A stretch of DNA of 64,000 nucleotides from an uncultured Chroococcidiopsis sp. (GCA_964248365.1 CAXTYC010000005.1:96001-160000); one strand, 5' to 3'; positions 49,317 to 60,332 are shown, numbered from the stretch's first letter. Made by a program: numbers and translations. The notes: generated by a model not told the origin, from the sequence alone.

Positions 49317-51881
49317 CTAAAACTTGCTCAATACTCCATAAATTGCCCAAATAGCCATCGCCCGTAGGTAATAACTAGCTCGGAAAGTGCCGACAGCAGT
49401 AATAGCTTCTGGTGTGCGGAATTGCAAACCATTATCATAAATTTGCCTTACTACCGCTTTGGTTAGCTCAAACGCCTCATCCTTCATTCCCATCTGCACC
49501 AAAAAAGCTGCTAGCCCAAAATTAATCCCCGTCCATACTTCCAGAGGATGAGTAGCATCAGGATTTTCTGGAGAACCGTCAGGCTTCAGCCCATTAGCAG
49601 CACCCAGCTTCCCGTTATGGAATTTCAAAAAGCAAGCATCATATACAGTTCTTAGTGCCTTCAAAGCACAATCATTTGGCACAATATCAGGTAATCTCAA
49701 CAGACGAGCATAAAACTGACCACATAGCTGATCCGCCATCACCACATCTGAACCACTTTCACTATCAAGGCGGTAATACTTTCCATTCCAAAGCTTATCC
49801 TGATACACAGGTCGAGACTGTTCCAACCAACCCTCATAAATCGATTTTTGAACCGCCAAGTCGCCAAGTACGCTAAGGTTTTCCTTCGTGTTTCCCTGGG
49901 GTTTAAACCCCAGGCTAGCGTCTTTGCGGTTCGTTAACAAAACATTACAAATAGCGATCGCCGCCTCTAAAGCAGCCAACCACAACCCCCCACAATAAGC
50001 ACTAACACCCTGCAACCGCCAATCATCAAAAGTTTGGTCAGGCGCGCCAGAATTTTCTGGAATACCATCTCCATCTAAATCAAAAGTTTTGAGATAGCTA
50101 AGGGTTTGCACAACAGCATCCCAACACCCAGCCAAAAATTCCACATCGGTAGCACCTGTCAGCAAAAAGTCCCGATATACCTGCAAGACAAAATCACAAG
50201 ATAAATCTTTCCACAGGTTGCAATCTTGGTAGCTAGTGTAATTCGTCTTTTCCCAAGGATGCTCATTCGGTGCGCCCAAGTCGTGAGGTGTAGCACCTGC
50301 AACTTTTCGGACTGCGGTCGGACTTTCCGCCCCAATGGTATAATAGTAGCCAATTACACGGGTATTATCGTCACTTGCGGGGATTGCCCGTGCAAAGGCA
50401 CGAATTACTGACTTTTCTAGTTCAGACCACAGCATCAACAGAGCAAAGGAACCATACAGCCGCACATCTAAGCTTTCATACCAGCGATAATCAATACACT
50501 CTACAACGGCAAATTGACCTACGGGATCTTGTTCTGATTTCGCACTCCAGAGAGTAACGCCGCAAGTCAAGTCGTAAAGCTCATTAAATAAAGCCATGAG
50601 GAACTCTTCGGGCAATGCTTGCTCTAGAATTGGCTGTTGCCAGGATTCGATCTGCTGCTGCCAAGATTGGTATTGTTGTAAAGCAGTTAGTGCGATCGCC
50701 TGGGCATTCTTCCCCGTTCGCCCAAAAAAATCAGTGTAGCGACGGTAATACTTGACATCTGTGGCAAATTCTGTTATGGGGAAATCCCAAGCAAGAACGA
50801 ACTCAATTGTACGAGTTTCACCAGCTTGTAGAGTAAAACGGACAGCTAATGCTGCGGCTATTTGTTCTCCCTCAGCGGCTGGTGTTTCATCAACCTGATT
50901 GGGTAACGAACCGTATTGTGCAAATTCCGATATATCTTCACCTGTGCCGCTTGGGTTCCAGCGTGTGTGATATGTTACCTCAACTTCGGGATGCTTCCGA
51001 GTAGCAATGCACCACTGTCCCTCACCTTCCTCTAAATTTTCATTGCTACTAACTCTTCCTAACACGCACCCGATATAATCTTTATCCTCCACCAGTTGAT
51101 TAAAATTCCCCTGACTATCTCCCAATTTTGGCTGATATTCATAAACTGGACTACCATCATCCCGTAACTGCACTTGTGGAGATTTAACAGCATTGGTAAA
51201 CCAGCCGACCATATTTTGCCAGGTCAGCATAATACTGATAGTTATTGGTGCATCAGTCGGGTTGTGTGCAGTCCACTCAAAGATGGCTACGGGATAGCTA
51301 GTTTCCTGGTAATTTTCAGGCAAAATCGGTGAAAACTGCTCACAAGTCAGCCCAGTTTGAAATACGTTCTCATACACAAACCAACTGCGAGGATAAAGAG
51401 CGTGATAAGTTCCCGTGTAAAGTTGTTGATTGATGGGGTGATGGGGTGATGGGGTGATGGGGTGTGATGGTGAACTTCTCCCACTCTCCCACTCTCCCCA
51501 CCTCCTCATCTCCCTATCTAGCAAAGCGGGATACCACTGCCAAGCCTGCAAACTTTCATCATTTGCTGGTTCTGTACACAAGGCGTAAGCCTGCAATGTT
51601 GAGTTAGCTGGCTGTTCAAAAACGCTAAATTGACAAGCTGGGATGCTCTTATATATATGTTCGCCGCCGTCAATTTGCCAAACGTTAAAATCTCCCCGTG
51701 AGGAACGACCGATACAACCAGCACCGAAGCCACCTAAAGGCATACCGTGCCAGGGACCATCATCAAGATTACTAGCAGTACGAACAGTATAGGGCTTGTC
51801 CCAGCCAAGACCGATGGGACGCTGCCAGGTACAGGGGGGAATTTTGGAAGTTAGATGCTGCTGCTGCTGCTGATTTTGCAT
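49317..51881 (-). CDS. GH116 beta-glucosidase / non-lysosomal glucosylceramidase family
   Basis: GMPLGGFGAG, ECIDYRWYESLDV, PHDLG, WKDL, PDQTFDDW, EVWTG and FRTPEA motifs. Confidence 0.93.
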   Translation of the reverse strand: MQNQQQQQHLTSKIPPCTWQRPIGLGWDKPYTVRTASNLDDGPWHGMPLGGFGAGCIGRSSRGDFNVWQIDGGEHIYKSIPACQFSVFEQPANSTLQAYALCTEPANDESLQAWQWYPALLDREMRRWGEWESGRSSPSHPITPSPHHPINQQLYTGTYHALYPRSWFVYENVFQTGLTCEQFSPILPENYQETSYPVAIFEWTAHNPTDAPITISIMLTWQNMVGWFTNAVKSPQVQLRDDGSPVYEYQPKLGDSQGNFNQLVEDKDYIGCVLGRVSSNENLEEGEGQWCIATRKHPEVEVTYHTRWNPSGTGEDISEFAQYGSLPNQVDETPAAEGEQIAAALAVRFTLQAGETRTIEFVLAWDFPITEFATDVKYYRRYTDFFGRTGKNAQAIALTALQQYQSWQQQIESWQQPILEQALPEEFLMALFNELYDLTCGVTLWSAKSEQDPVGQFAVVECIDYRWYESLDVRLYGSFALLMLWSELEKSVIRAFARAIPASDDNTRVIGYYYTIGAESPTAVRKVAGATPHDLGAPNEHPWEKTNYTSYQDCNLWKDLSCDFVLQVYRDFLLTGATDVEFLAGCWDAVVQTLSYLKTFDLDGDGIPENSGAPDQTFDDWRLQGVSAYCGGLWLAALEAAIAICNVLLTNRKDASLGFKPQGNTKENLSVLGDLAVQKSIYEGWLEQSRPVYQDKLWNGKYYRLDSESGSDVVMADQLCGQFYARLLRLPDIVPNDCALKALRTVYDACFLKFHNGKLGAANGLKPDGSPENPDATHPLEVWTGINFGLAAFLVQMGMKDEAFELTKAVVRQIYDNGLQFRTPEAITAVGTFRASYYLRAMAIWAIYGVLSKF

Positions 51882-52004
51882 CTCATGATTTTACAGACGT
51901 AGCAGTGCTGCGTCTGTACTGTAATTGTTAATTTTTTCAAAGCTATTACCTTTTACCGATTAGCAAAAAGCGCAGACTATAAACACAGTTAAAAAAATTT
52001 GTTT

Positions 52005-52730
52005 TTATAATCCAGCAAACCACTCATAACCCTGGTCTTCCCAATAGCCTTTAGCAGGTAACAAATTATTAACTAGGATAATGCGCGTTACCCACTTACT
52101 TTGTTTGTAACCGAGTTTAATTGGCGAGGCTAAACGTAAAGGCGCACCGTTGTCAATGGGTAAGGGTTGCCCATTTTTCTGATAAGCCAATAATGTCTGA
52201 GGGTGTAAAGCTGAAGCAATATCCCAACTTTCGTAGTAACCATCAGCCGATTTGAAATAAACATAGCCGACATTTCCTTTAGGTTGGGCAAGGGCAATTA
52301 TATCCCGTAGTCGTACTCCTCCCCATTGTACGATCGCCGCCCATCCCTCAACACAAACATGGCGAATTGTCATGGTACTGGGAGACATTTGCTGGATATC
52401 TTTCATACTCAAACTGAGCGGATTATTTACTTCTCCTTCAACTGTTAGACGAAAATTATCAATGTCTATCTGTGGTGTAAAGTTAAATGAATTGACTAGT
52501 AAAGCCTCTGGCTCAATTGCGCTTACAGGAAATTCCGGTACAGGCTTTTGTGGATTTAATAATAAAGCTTCAACATTTTGATTTAGAGGTTCAAAAGCTT
52601 TGCCTACCACACCTTCAAAAAGGGTCAAAGCACACCCATTTAAAAGTAAACCCATGCTGGAAAGTCCCGATAATTGCAAAAATTGGCGGCGTAGCAAGCG
52701 GCGGCGAACAACTTGAATTTGATTATCCAT
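52005..52730 (-). CDS. Molybdopterin oxidoreductase (MsrP / sulfite-oxidase family), Tat-exported
   Basis: RRQFL twin-arginine, LLLNGC lipobox-like, HVCVEGW, GAPLRL, GYKQSKW and GYWEDQGY motifs. Confidence 0.88.
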   Translation of the reverse strand: MDNQIQVVRRRLLRRQFLQLSGLSSMGLLLNGCALTLFEGVVGKAFEPLNQNVEALLLNPQKPVPEFPVSAIEPEALLVNSFNFTPQIDIDNFRLTVEGEVNNPLSLSMKDIQQMSPSTMTIRHVCVEGWAAIVQWGGVRLRDIIALAQPKGNVGYVYFKSADGYYESWDIASALHPQTLLAYQKNGQPLPIDNGAPLRLASPIKLGYKQSKWVTRIILVNNLLPAKGYWEDQGYEWFAGL

Positions 52731-52893
52731 CCTATTAAACCTTTCTCTCATATAGCCCTATTAAACAATTCATAAAATCCTTTCTCTTGTCTCTCTGCGT
52801 TCTTTGCGTTCTTTGCGGTTCGTAAAAAATATATTTCCATCAAACTAGATATCTATACATTAAAAATATTTTCACCCTCAAATTACACTTAAC

Positions 52894-53496
52894 TTACCAA
52901 AACATTGAATCTATAAGGCGCGAACCTCCAACTTTTAAGGCTAATAATGAGTGACTCAATGAAAAAACTACAAAAATTGGTACTGAGATAAAGTGAACTA
53001 TTCGTAATGCTTGCCAGCTACCAAATAAATCTACAATCCAAGGAAATTGGGCTGGTTTATACATTCCAATTCCAGATAAAATTGCTAGTAATAAGACGGG
53101 GATGATGGCTGTGTAAGCTATACGATGCCATGCATAATTTTTGCGCTGTTGGTTGTGGCTCTTTTGTAGTGCTTTAAGATCTTTGCTGCTGACATATCGA
53201 TATTTCCACCGTTGGGTAAGCAAAATATAAACGCCGTACCAAAGTAAATTTAACGAAAATAACCACATGGCTGCAAAATGCCAATGTCTACCGCCAGCTA
53301 GCCAGCCTCCTAGCAAAAATAATGGTGGGAAATGCCAGCCCTCTCGTCCACCAAAAACAGGGTTAGCGTTGTAAATTTGTAATCCACTCGTAATCATTAA
53401 TAGCAAGCTAATGATATTGACCTGGTGAAAGATTTTGGCTGGGGTAGCTTGCTTTGGTATAGGTCGAGGCTGAGATATTTTAGATGTAGCAGTCAT
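52894..53496 (-). CDS. Cytochrome b561 / Ni_hydr_CYTB membrane partner
   Basis: FHQVN, SGLQIYNA, RHWHFAAMW and RIVHF heme-His motifs. Confidence 0.85.
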   Translation of the reverse strand: MTATSKISQPRPIPKQATPAKIFHQVNIISLLLMITSGLQIYNANPVFGGREGWHFPPLFLLGGWLAGGRHWHFAAMWLFSLNLLWYGVYILLTQRWKYRYVSSKDLKALQKSHNQQRKNYAWHRIAYTAIIPVLLLAILSGIGMYKPAQFPWIVDLFGSWQALRIVHFISVPIFVVFSLSHSLLALKVGGSRLIDSMFW

Positions 53497-53543
53497 ATGC
53501 TTATCAGTTTTGTATGTATTAGTAATATCTGAGGTTAGAAAAA

Positions 53544-53597
53544 GTAGGGTGGGCATTGCCCACCAAATCAGTGAATGGTGGGCAATGCCCACCCTAC
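53544..53597. repeat. Inverted REP doublet (REPIN-like)
   Basis: GTAGGGTGGGCATTGCCCACCA-N10-TGGTGGGCAATGCCCACCCTAC, perfect arms. Confidence 0.85.
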
Positions 53598-53917
53598 TCC
53601 CAAGGGGTAAAACAGATAAATAGCACTTATTAAGGTTTATATATAAATGCTTGTTTTTATGTTAGTAGATGTGGTAAATTATATACAAATTATTTTTGTG
53701 CAAGTAAGTGGGTAGGAATAGTAAAGGTTAGCATATTCCTCTTTTGTACATTTTATAGCCAGAGTTGCTCGTGTATAAAGTTAAACATTTAATCTAAGGA
53801 AAAGAAAAGTATCAGAGGAATGTAAAAGAAAACTTGTTCTGCTGTTGCCACACACAGCAGGTGATAATGAGTAGCATAGATTTTGTAGTCAGTCAGCAAG
53901 AGAGGAACGCGATCGCT

Positions 53918-55237
53918 ATGGGGATGACCCTCACCGAAAAAATTCTAGCTAGAGCTTCTGGTCGTTCTGTGGTTGAACCCGGAGAGAATATTTGGGTGGA
54001 TGTTGACCTACTAATGACCCATGATGTATGTGGTCCAGGCACTATTGGTGTCTTCAAGCGCGAGTTTGGTGCTGATGCCAAAGTGTGGAACCCAGAAAAG
54101 ATCGTCCTCATCCCAGATCACTACATTTTCACTGCTGACGAACGGGCTAACCGCAACGTAGATATTTTACGCGATTTTGCCTCCGAGCAAGGAATAAAAT
54201 ATTTCTACGATATTACAGACAGATCGGATTTTAAAGCCAATCCAGATTACAAAGGTGTTTGTCACATCGCCCTTGCCCAAGAAGGTCATACTCGCCCTGG
54301 TGAAGTATTGTTTGGTACAGATTCTCACACTTGCAATGCAGGTGCTTTCGGGCAGTTTGCTACGGGAATTGGCAACACCGATGCAGGTTTCATTATGGGA
54401 ACTGGCAAGTTATTAATCAAAGTCCCAGCCACAATGCGTTTTGTGCTGGATGGAGAAATGCCCGATTACTTGCTAGCAAAAGATCTGATATTACAAATTA
54501 TTGGCGATATCGGTGTGGCTGGGGCAACCTATCGGACAATGGAATTTGCAGGGTCAACCGTGCAGCAACTGACGATGGAAGAACGGATGACGCTGTGCAA
54601 TATGGCGATTGAAGCTGGTGGAAAGAATGGCACGATTGCTGCTGATGACACCACATTTGAGTATGTGCGCGCTCGTACCAACAAGCCATTTGAGGCAGTA
54701 TACACTGATGCCGATGCCAAATTCTACAGCGATCGCCACTACGATGTTACCACTTTAGAGCCTGTAGTTGCTAAACCCCACTCCCCAGATAATCGAGCTT
54801 TAGCGCGAGAATGCAGCGATGTCAAAATTGACCGAGTTTACATTGGTTCTTGCACTGGTGGTAAAAGTGAAGACTTTATCAATGCTGCCCGTATTCTCAA
54901 AGGGCGACAGGTGAAAGTTCCTACTTACCTAGTTCCAGCCACGCAAAAAGTCTACGAAGACTTATTTACGACAAAGTATGATGGGCAAACCCTATCAGAG
55001 ATTTTCCTCCAAGCAGGTTGCATTGAACCTGCTGCCCCATCCTGCGCTGCTTGTTTGGGTGGTCCCAAAGATACCTTTGGGCGGATGAATGAACCAGAGG
55101 TTTGTGTATCTACTACCAACCGCAACTTTCCTGGTCGCATGGGTGACAAAACAGCGCAAATTTATCTAGCTTCTCCATACACAGCAGCAGCTTCGGCACT
55201 TACGGGGTATGTAACTGACCCCCGCGATCTCGGTTAA
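53918..55237 (+). CDS. leuC: 3-isopropylmalate dehydratase large subunit (LeuC/HacA type)
   Basis: MGMTLTEKI, PDH, GTDSHTC, IGSCTGG, CAACLGG and STTNRNFPGRMG motifs; GAGG upstream of ATG 53918. Confidence 0.92.
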   Translation: MGMTLTEKILARASGRSVVEPGENIWVDVDLLMTHDVCGPGTIGVFKREFGADAKVWNPEKIVLIPDHYIFTADERANRNVDILRDFASEQGIKYFYDITDRSDFKANPDYKGVCHIALAQEGHTRPGEVLFGTDSHTCNAGAFGQFATGIGNTDAGFIMGTGKLLIKVPATMRFVLDGEMPDYLLAKDLILQIIGDIGVAGATYRTMEFAGSTVQQLTMEERMTLCNMAIEAGGKNGTIAADDTTFEYVRARTNKPFEAVYTDADAKFYSDRHYDVTTLEPVVAKPHSPDNRALARECSDVKIDRVYIGSCTGGKSEDFINAARILKGRQVKVPTYLVPATQKVYEDLFTTKYDGQTLSEIFLQAGCIEPAAPSCAACLGGPKDTFGRMNEPEVCVSTTNRNFPGRMGDKTAQIYLASPYTAAASALTGYVTDPRDLG

Positions 55238-55391
55238 ATCTGGACTATATCACTTATCAGTTGTGGGCGATCGCTGATCGCGGTTGACCGACAACTGATA
55301 TGTTAATAGTGTCTAAACAGTTACATCTGTCAGTGCTAATTAGATATATAAGTCTTTTATCTGTAAACACAATTGCGAATTACGAATTATT

Positions 55392-56222
55392 ATGAATTTT
55401 CGTAGTTTAATGAGAACATACAACCGCCTCAGTTTACCGAAAAAGGTGGCTTGTGGTGTAGCTGCTTTTGCAGGCGTTGGGGCTTTGATTGGCATTCCTG
55501 TGCTTTCGCTCAATCCTGTCCGTCCCCCTACTGTAATAAATGAAGATGCCTATTATAAAAGTCAGATAAAGGATCAAAGCCTAGGTGGGGAAAATATTGC
55601 ACCTAGCCAGCCTGCCAATATCAACACCACCGCCCCAGCTGAGATTCCGGTAGATTCTAGCCAGTCCGCCCAGATGCCTGTAGATTCTAGCAAGCCTGCC
55701 CAGATACCTATAGATTCTAGTAAGCCTGATGATCTACCCATAGATTCTAGCAAGTCTGCAAGTATTTCAGGCTCTAATTCATCTTTGGGTAGCAATTCAT
55801 TTGGACCTGACACTTCCGACATACCCAGCAACATCGGGGAGAATTCACCACGATTATCAAGGATAGGTACTGCTGGCAATACCAACAACCCTTACAGCAA
55901 GTCCATGTCCAGTTCCTACACTCCTTCTGGTAGCTTATCAGCAAACCCCTATAATGCTTCTACCACTGTTTCTAGCCCTGGTAATACTACTTTAAATACT
56001 CGTTACAGCCTGCCCATCCCCGCCTCTGCTAATTCCTACAGCCTCCAACCTAGTCAAGGCAACGTGTATACTAAGCCCAACAGCGGGGCAGATTCTGACA
56101 GTCAGAAAAATTCTCTCCCAGCTGCTGGTACGTTGTCAAGCACCACCAGCGGTGCTAGCGAAGATTCCAATCAGCCACTGCCAACTACTTCTGCTGGTAG
56201 TTCTAAGGGTGGGAATAGGTAA
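55392..56222 (+). CDS. Ser/Pro/Asn-rich membrane-anchored hypothetical protein
   Basis: N-terminal TM; four 10-aa repeats P(V/I)DSS(K/Q) (30-nt units, 55635-55754). Confidence 0.7.
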   Translation: MNFRSLMRTYNRLSLPKKVACGVAAFAGVGALIGIPVLSLNPVRPPTVINEDAYYKSQIKDQSLGGENIAPSQPANINTTAPAEIPVDSSQSAQMPVDSSKPAQIPIDSSKPDDLPIDSSKSASISGSNSSLGSNSFGPDTSDIPSNIGENSPRLSRIGTAGNTNNPYSKSMSSSYTPSGSLSANPYNASTTVSSPGNTTLNTRYSLPIPASANSYSLQPSQGNVYTKPNSGADSDSQKNSLPAAGTLSSTTSGASEDSNQPLPTTSAGSSKGGNR

Positions 56223-56389
56223 TCAGGAGTCTTCGGAATCTTTTTGGCGTTGTAACAAAGTAAAGATAGTGTCACGCATAGACACGCAGCGGCTTCTCGC
56301 CCAGTAGACGCGCTCGTCGCTAAGTGAAACAAAGAAGATTATTTGGAGAATTATGCAATGCCTCTTTTCGTAGGGTGGGCAATCCCTGA

Positions 56390-58117
56390 TTAAAAGCCTA
56401 AATCGGCTTTGGCTAATTCAGCAGCGGCGAAGACTTCGGCATCAGGTTTTTCTTCCCAGGCAACATCCCCAATTTCAGCATAGAATTGTTCGTCATAGGG
56501 TCGCGTCCGTACTACAACTGGCATAGGGACAGCGTGACCTAAAATTAGAGCTTGTTGTTTAGAATCAAGTTTAGCTAGGACTGAGCGTAGACTTTGCCCC
56601 CCAGATACTCCTGTAAAGATTGCTTCAATGTCTTTTTCGTCATTGAGTAAGGCTGTGATGCGAGTACCAATCTGGGACATGACTTCATTATCAATGCCGG
56701 AGGGACGCTGGTCTACTACTAAGAGTGTGACGAAGTATTTTCGCATCTCACGGGCGATTGTGCCAAAGATTGTTTGCCTGACTGTGGCAGTGTCAAGGAA
56801 GCGATGGGCTTCTTCAATTGTAATTACTAATGGCAGGGGGCGATCGCTCGGATTTTTCGACTGCAAAAATTTCTCTGCTTTATGGACATAATGCTTGTGA
56901 ATTCGGCGGGAAATCAAATTCGTTGCCAGCATATACGACAACATATTAGATTGAGAACCAAATTCAATTACTACGTGTTTACCTGCACTCAAAGATTCCA
57001 AAATTTGATTGATGTAATTACGTGGGCATACAGGGCGCATATAATTTAGTTCACTCAAGCGATTGAGTTTGCGCTGCAATGCCATGATTGATGACTTGTT
57101 ACCTCGCTTCTCTTCACAGAACATCTGAATTTCTTCATTAGTCATGCTTAATAACTGACTAATCCAAGCATCACCAAATTCACTGCGAAGGATAATGGCA
57201 TTTTCTAAGCTGGCTTCCGAGAGATTTAACTCATCTCGTGCCAGCATGATATCTTCGACATCAATTTGGTCGTAGCTAAGGTAAAGTTCTTGGGCATCCC
57301 GCACTCCCCGCCGCTTAGTGGATGCCGGATCAAGGGTATACATTTGCACTTGACCTGGAAACAACTGGCGTAAACCTTTCACAGTGCTAAATTGTTTTCC
57401 CTCACGCACAGCTTCCCAGCCATACTCTGAGTGCATATCAAAAATTAGGTTAACCGCTGCTTGTTTGCGAATAATGCCACACAGCAACAGGCGGGTGAGA
57501 AAAGATTTGCCTGTACCAGATTTACCAAAAACGCCGTTACTGCGTTCAACAAAACGGTCTAAGTCTATGCATATCGGTACATCCATGTCAAGTGGTTGAC
57601 CGATCGCAAAGTTGCGGCGATGAGGATCATCTTCCCAACCGAAGACAGCACGAAAATCCCGTTCACTAGCGTCATAAACCTGACTAAAGTGGCTGGGAAT
57701 TGTCTTGACTGGCATCAATTCCATACTGGTGCTGCTTTGTGCTTGAAATGATGCTAAGGAAGAGGAGGTTGGGGAAGATTTTTGAGCTAGCTTCCAGTCA
57801 CTCGCCTCTAGCCCCTCGTCTTCAGGCGTGAACATCAACATCGGGGTGAGGTTGATAGTGCCATACGTTCCACTACCCGCCAGAACTTCCCGCATAAAAT
57901 CATCATTGGGGCTAGGCGGGTTGGCGACGATGCGGTTGCTAGATGTTCCGAGTGCTACGTCAGTAAGCATACAGAAGAAACGCGATCGCACTCCTTCCAC
58001 GACCAAAAATTTTCCTACCCGCATATCTTCGACCGAGACATCTGGGTGTAGACGCACCTCTAATCCTTGACTGAGAGAGCCTTGTGTAACTGAGCCTAAG
58101 GGTTGCTCTAAATTCAT
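56390..58117 (-). CDS. HerA/FtsK-like ATPase (DUF87) with an N-terminal HAS-barrel-like domain
   Basis: GKSGTGKS, IFDMHSEY, IEEAHRF, IAREMRK and VDQRPS motifs. Confidence 0.88.
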   Translation of the reverse strand: MNLEQPLGSVTQGSLSQGLEVRLHPDVSVEDMRVGKFLVVEGVRSRFFCMLTDVALGTSSNRIVANPPSPNDDFMREVLAGSGTYGTINLTPMLMFTPEDEGLEASDWKLAQKSSPTSSSLASFQAQSSTSMELMPVKTIPSHFSQVYDASERDFRAVFGWEDDPHRRNFAIGQPLDMDVPICIDLDRFVERSNGVFGKSGTGKSFLTRLLLCGIIRKQAAVNLIFDMHSEYGWEAVREGKQFSTVKGLRQLFPGQVQMYTLDPASTKRRGVRDAQELYLSYDQIDVEDIMLARDELNLSEASLENAIILRSEFGDAWISQLLSMTNEEIQMFCEEKRGNKSSIMALQRKLNRLSELNYMRPVCPRNYINQILESLSAGKHVVIEFGSQSNMLSYMLATNLISRRIHKHYVHKAEKFLQSKNPSDRPLPLVITIEEAHRFLDTATVRQTIFGTIAREMRKYFVTLLVVDQRPSGIDNEVMSQIGTRITALLNDEKDIEAIFTGVSGGQSLRSVLAKLDSKQQALILGHAVPMPVVVRTRPYDEQFYAEIGDVAWEEKPDAEVFAAAELAKADLGF

Positions 58118-58163
58118 AGTACTTGCGATCGCGTTATCCCTGGGCTTATCTTATAGTGCCTAG

Positions 58164-58345
58164 TGGCTGGTGGCTAGTGGTTAGCTAGGGGCTAGGGGCT
58201 AGAGAAAGCGGGAAAAAGGGAAAAGGCGCGCATACTAAAGGCTAAAGGGAAAACGATAAAGATTAAAATTTCACACTTCATCCTTCATCCTTTATACTTC
58301 ATAGTTCCCTAGCCCCCAGATCCCAGCCTCTAGCCCCTCGCCTCT
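58164..58345. repeat. Composite STRR element (third copy of the shared core)
   Basis: (GGGGCTA)n...GATAAAGATTAAAATTTCACACTTC...(TAGCCCC)n. Confidence 0.75.
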
Positions 58346-59135
58346 AGTCAATATTGATTGAAGTGGGTGCCGTCCTTGGTGTAGTGTATCCGGTTATTGG
58401 CTTACGATATTGGGCATAAAGGCGATCGCGCCAACTGAAAAACGGTTCATAAATCACACTATCAGCTAATCCTGGTATTCCCTTATCTCTTAGGGTTGCT
58501 GGTAGCTCCAGATATGGTCCATCGGGGAACTTAATCAGCATGGATAAACCAGCCACTGCCAAATCTGCCAATGTCGGTTGATCTGAGATTAAAAAGGGAC
58601 GTTCTGACAGCAGCAAACATAATGCTTCTAGGTCTTGCTTCAAGTCAGTTATGGCTGATTTTACAACATCTGGAGTATATCCCACCCCAAAACCGAGAAC
58701 CTTGAGCAAATCACTTGGAATAACTTCGACTAAATTCTTGAGGATATCAGGTGTCGTAGTGGGTAATAGAGACTTACGCAAATTTTGATCCTGACTAATT
58801 GCTCCAAACAGCGCCTTGCGACTTTTTATCCCAATCGATTCATCTGCCCACTCTTCCATCAGTAAACAAAGTCCTCGTTGTAGTGGATCTGTCGGAATTA
58901 TAGGACGTTCAGGATACTGACGGTCTAGATACTTAGCAATTTCAGTTGAATCTGCCACTATCTGATTACCATCTTTTAGTACAGGTACTTGCCTTTGACC
59001 TGTCATTCGGAATAGTTCTACCTGTCCTATGCCTGGGGTTACTTCAATTTTGCGGTATGTTAATCCTTTGTAGTCTAGTATTAAACGTACTTTTTCTGAG
59101 TACTGTGATAACTCAAATTGGTACAACTCCAGCAT
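58344..59135 (-). CDS. Glutathione S-transferase family protein
   Basis: SQYSEKVRL, GQRQVPVL, DSTEI and PTLADL motifs. Confidence 0.9.
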   Translation of the reverse strand: MLELYQFELSQYSEKVRLILDYKGLTYRKIEVTPGIGQVELFRMTGQRQVPVLKDGNQIVADSTEIAKYLDRQYPERPIIPTDPLQRGLCLLMEEWADESIGIKSRKALFGAISQDQNLRKSLLPTTTPDILKNLVEVIPSDLLKVLGFGVGYTPDVVKSAITDLKQDLEALCLLLSERPFLISDQPTLADLAVAGLSMLIKFPDGPYLELPATLRDKGIPGLADSVIYEPFFSWRDRLYAQYRKPITGYTTPRTAPTSINID

Positions 59136-59448
59136 TTTGTCTCTCCTTTGACTAGTTTTTGATCATTTTCAAAAGTTAGATTGACCCAGCTGCTAGCAAT
59201 ACTATGAATCTTGACAGAAATTCTTTGTACACGCAAAAAAAGCCAGTATAGACACAATTCTACATACTAAACTCTACCCATGTGGGTACTAAGGGTTGAA
59301 TCAGGTTATTTGTCGTCTTCACGTTCATCTGTTTAAAGAGCTTGCTACCTACTAACTGATAATTGCTTTTTCCAGTAAAACAATACTCCCCCAGTGTTGC
59401 TTCTGGGGGAGAGAAAATCAATATTTACAAATCGGCTATTATTATCTC

Positions 59449-59730
59449 TTAGGCTGTGCGACGGGTAATTAATCCCCAGATGAAAAGTAGGATAATTGCG
59501 CCAAGTACTGCAAAGATAATACTACCAATGCTGAATGCTCCTGCTGCTGCTCCTGCTGCTCCCGCACTATACGGGAATATAGCCTGACCTAGCCAACCTC
59601 CAACTAAAGCACCCAAAATACCTAGAATAATTGTTGCTAAAATTCCGCCACCTTGATGACCTGGATAAATAGCTTTGGCAATAGCTCCAGCAATTAGTCC
59701 TAAAACAATCCAAGCTAGTAGATTCAACAT
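59449..59730 (-). CDS. GlsB/YeaQ/YmgE stress membrane protein
   Basis: WIVLGLIAGAIAK, LGILGALVGG and AVLGAIILL motifs. Confidence 0.92.
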   Translation of the reverse strand: MLNLLAWIVLGLIAGAIAKAIYPGHQGGGILATIILGILGALVGGWLGQAIFPYSAGAAGAAAGAFSIGSIIFAVLGAIILLFIWGLITRRTA

Positions 59731-60332
59731 AATTCTTACTCCTTAATTTCAAATTGAAATTTGTTTGTTTTGTTATGTATAACCTATCACTACACTTTTT
59801 CCTTTTCTATCTACCGCAGGTAGGAATCTAAACAAATATAAATCAATAACTGGGTTGACTCGGAAATTTGTGTAATCATTCTAAATTTATCGCTGTGTAG
59901 TTTAATTGTGTTCTGCCAATAGCAATAGAAAATCCAAAGATTAAAAAGATTATTTGCCAATCAAAATACTTATTTCGATAGAGTTAATAAACGTGCCACA
60001 AATATCAACTGCTGCTGCGAAGATATAACTTTTGGACTATTCACATTTAACTTTAGCTAGTAAAAATTTAACCCAACAGTAAAGATAATGGCGTAGACGC
60101 TTGGGAAACCTGTTTATCAAACATCGCACTGTCTGGGAACTAGCCCTCTATCCTCTCGTCACCTCAACAGACAAGTAATATCATCAACAATAGCGATCAA
60201 TGAACCCCACCAGTGAACAGTAAACAGTAAACCTCTACCTGAAATTGATAAGTGATAACTGATAACTGGTAACTGGTAACTGATCAATGTTATAAAACTT
60301 AAAACTCAAAGGAAAAATAGAGGAAAGTAAAA

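Noticed and set aside
56390..58117. HerA-like ATPase as an anti-phage system
   Set aside because: No adjacent SIR2, nuclease or NurA partner; it looks like the standalone cyanobacterial HerA
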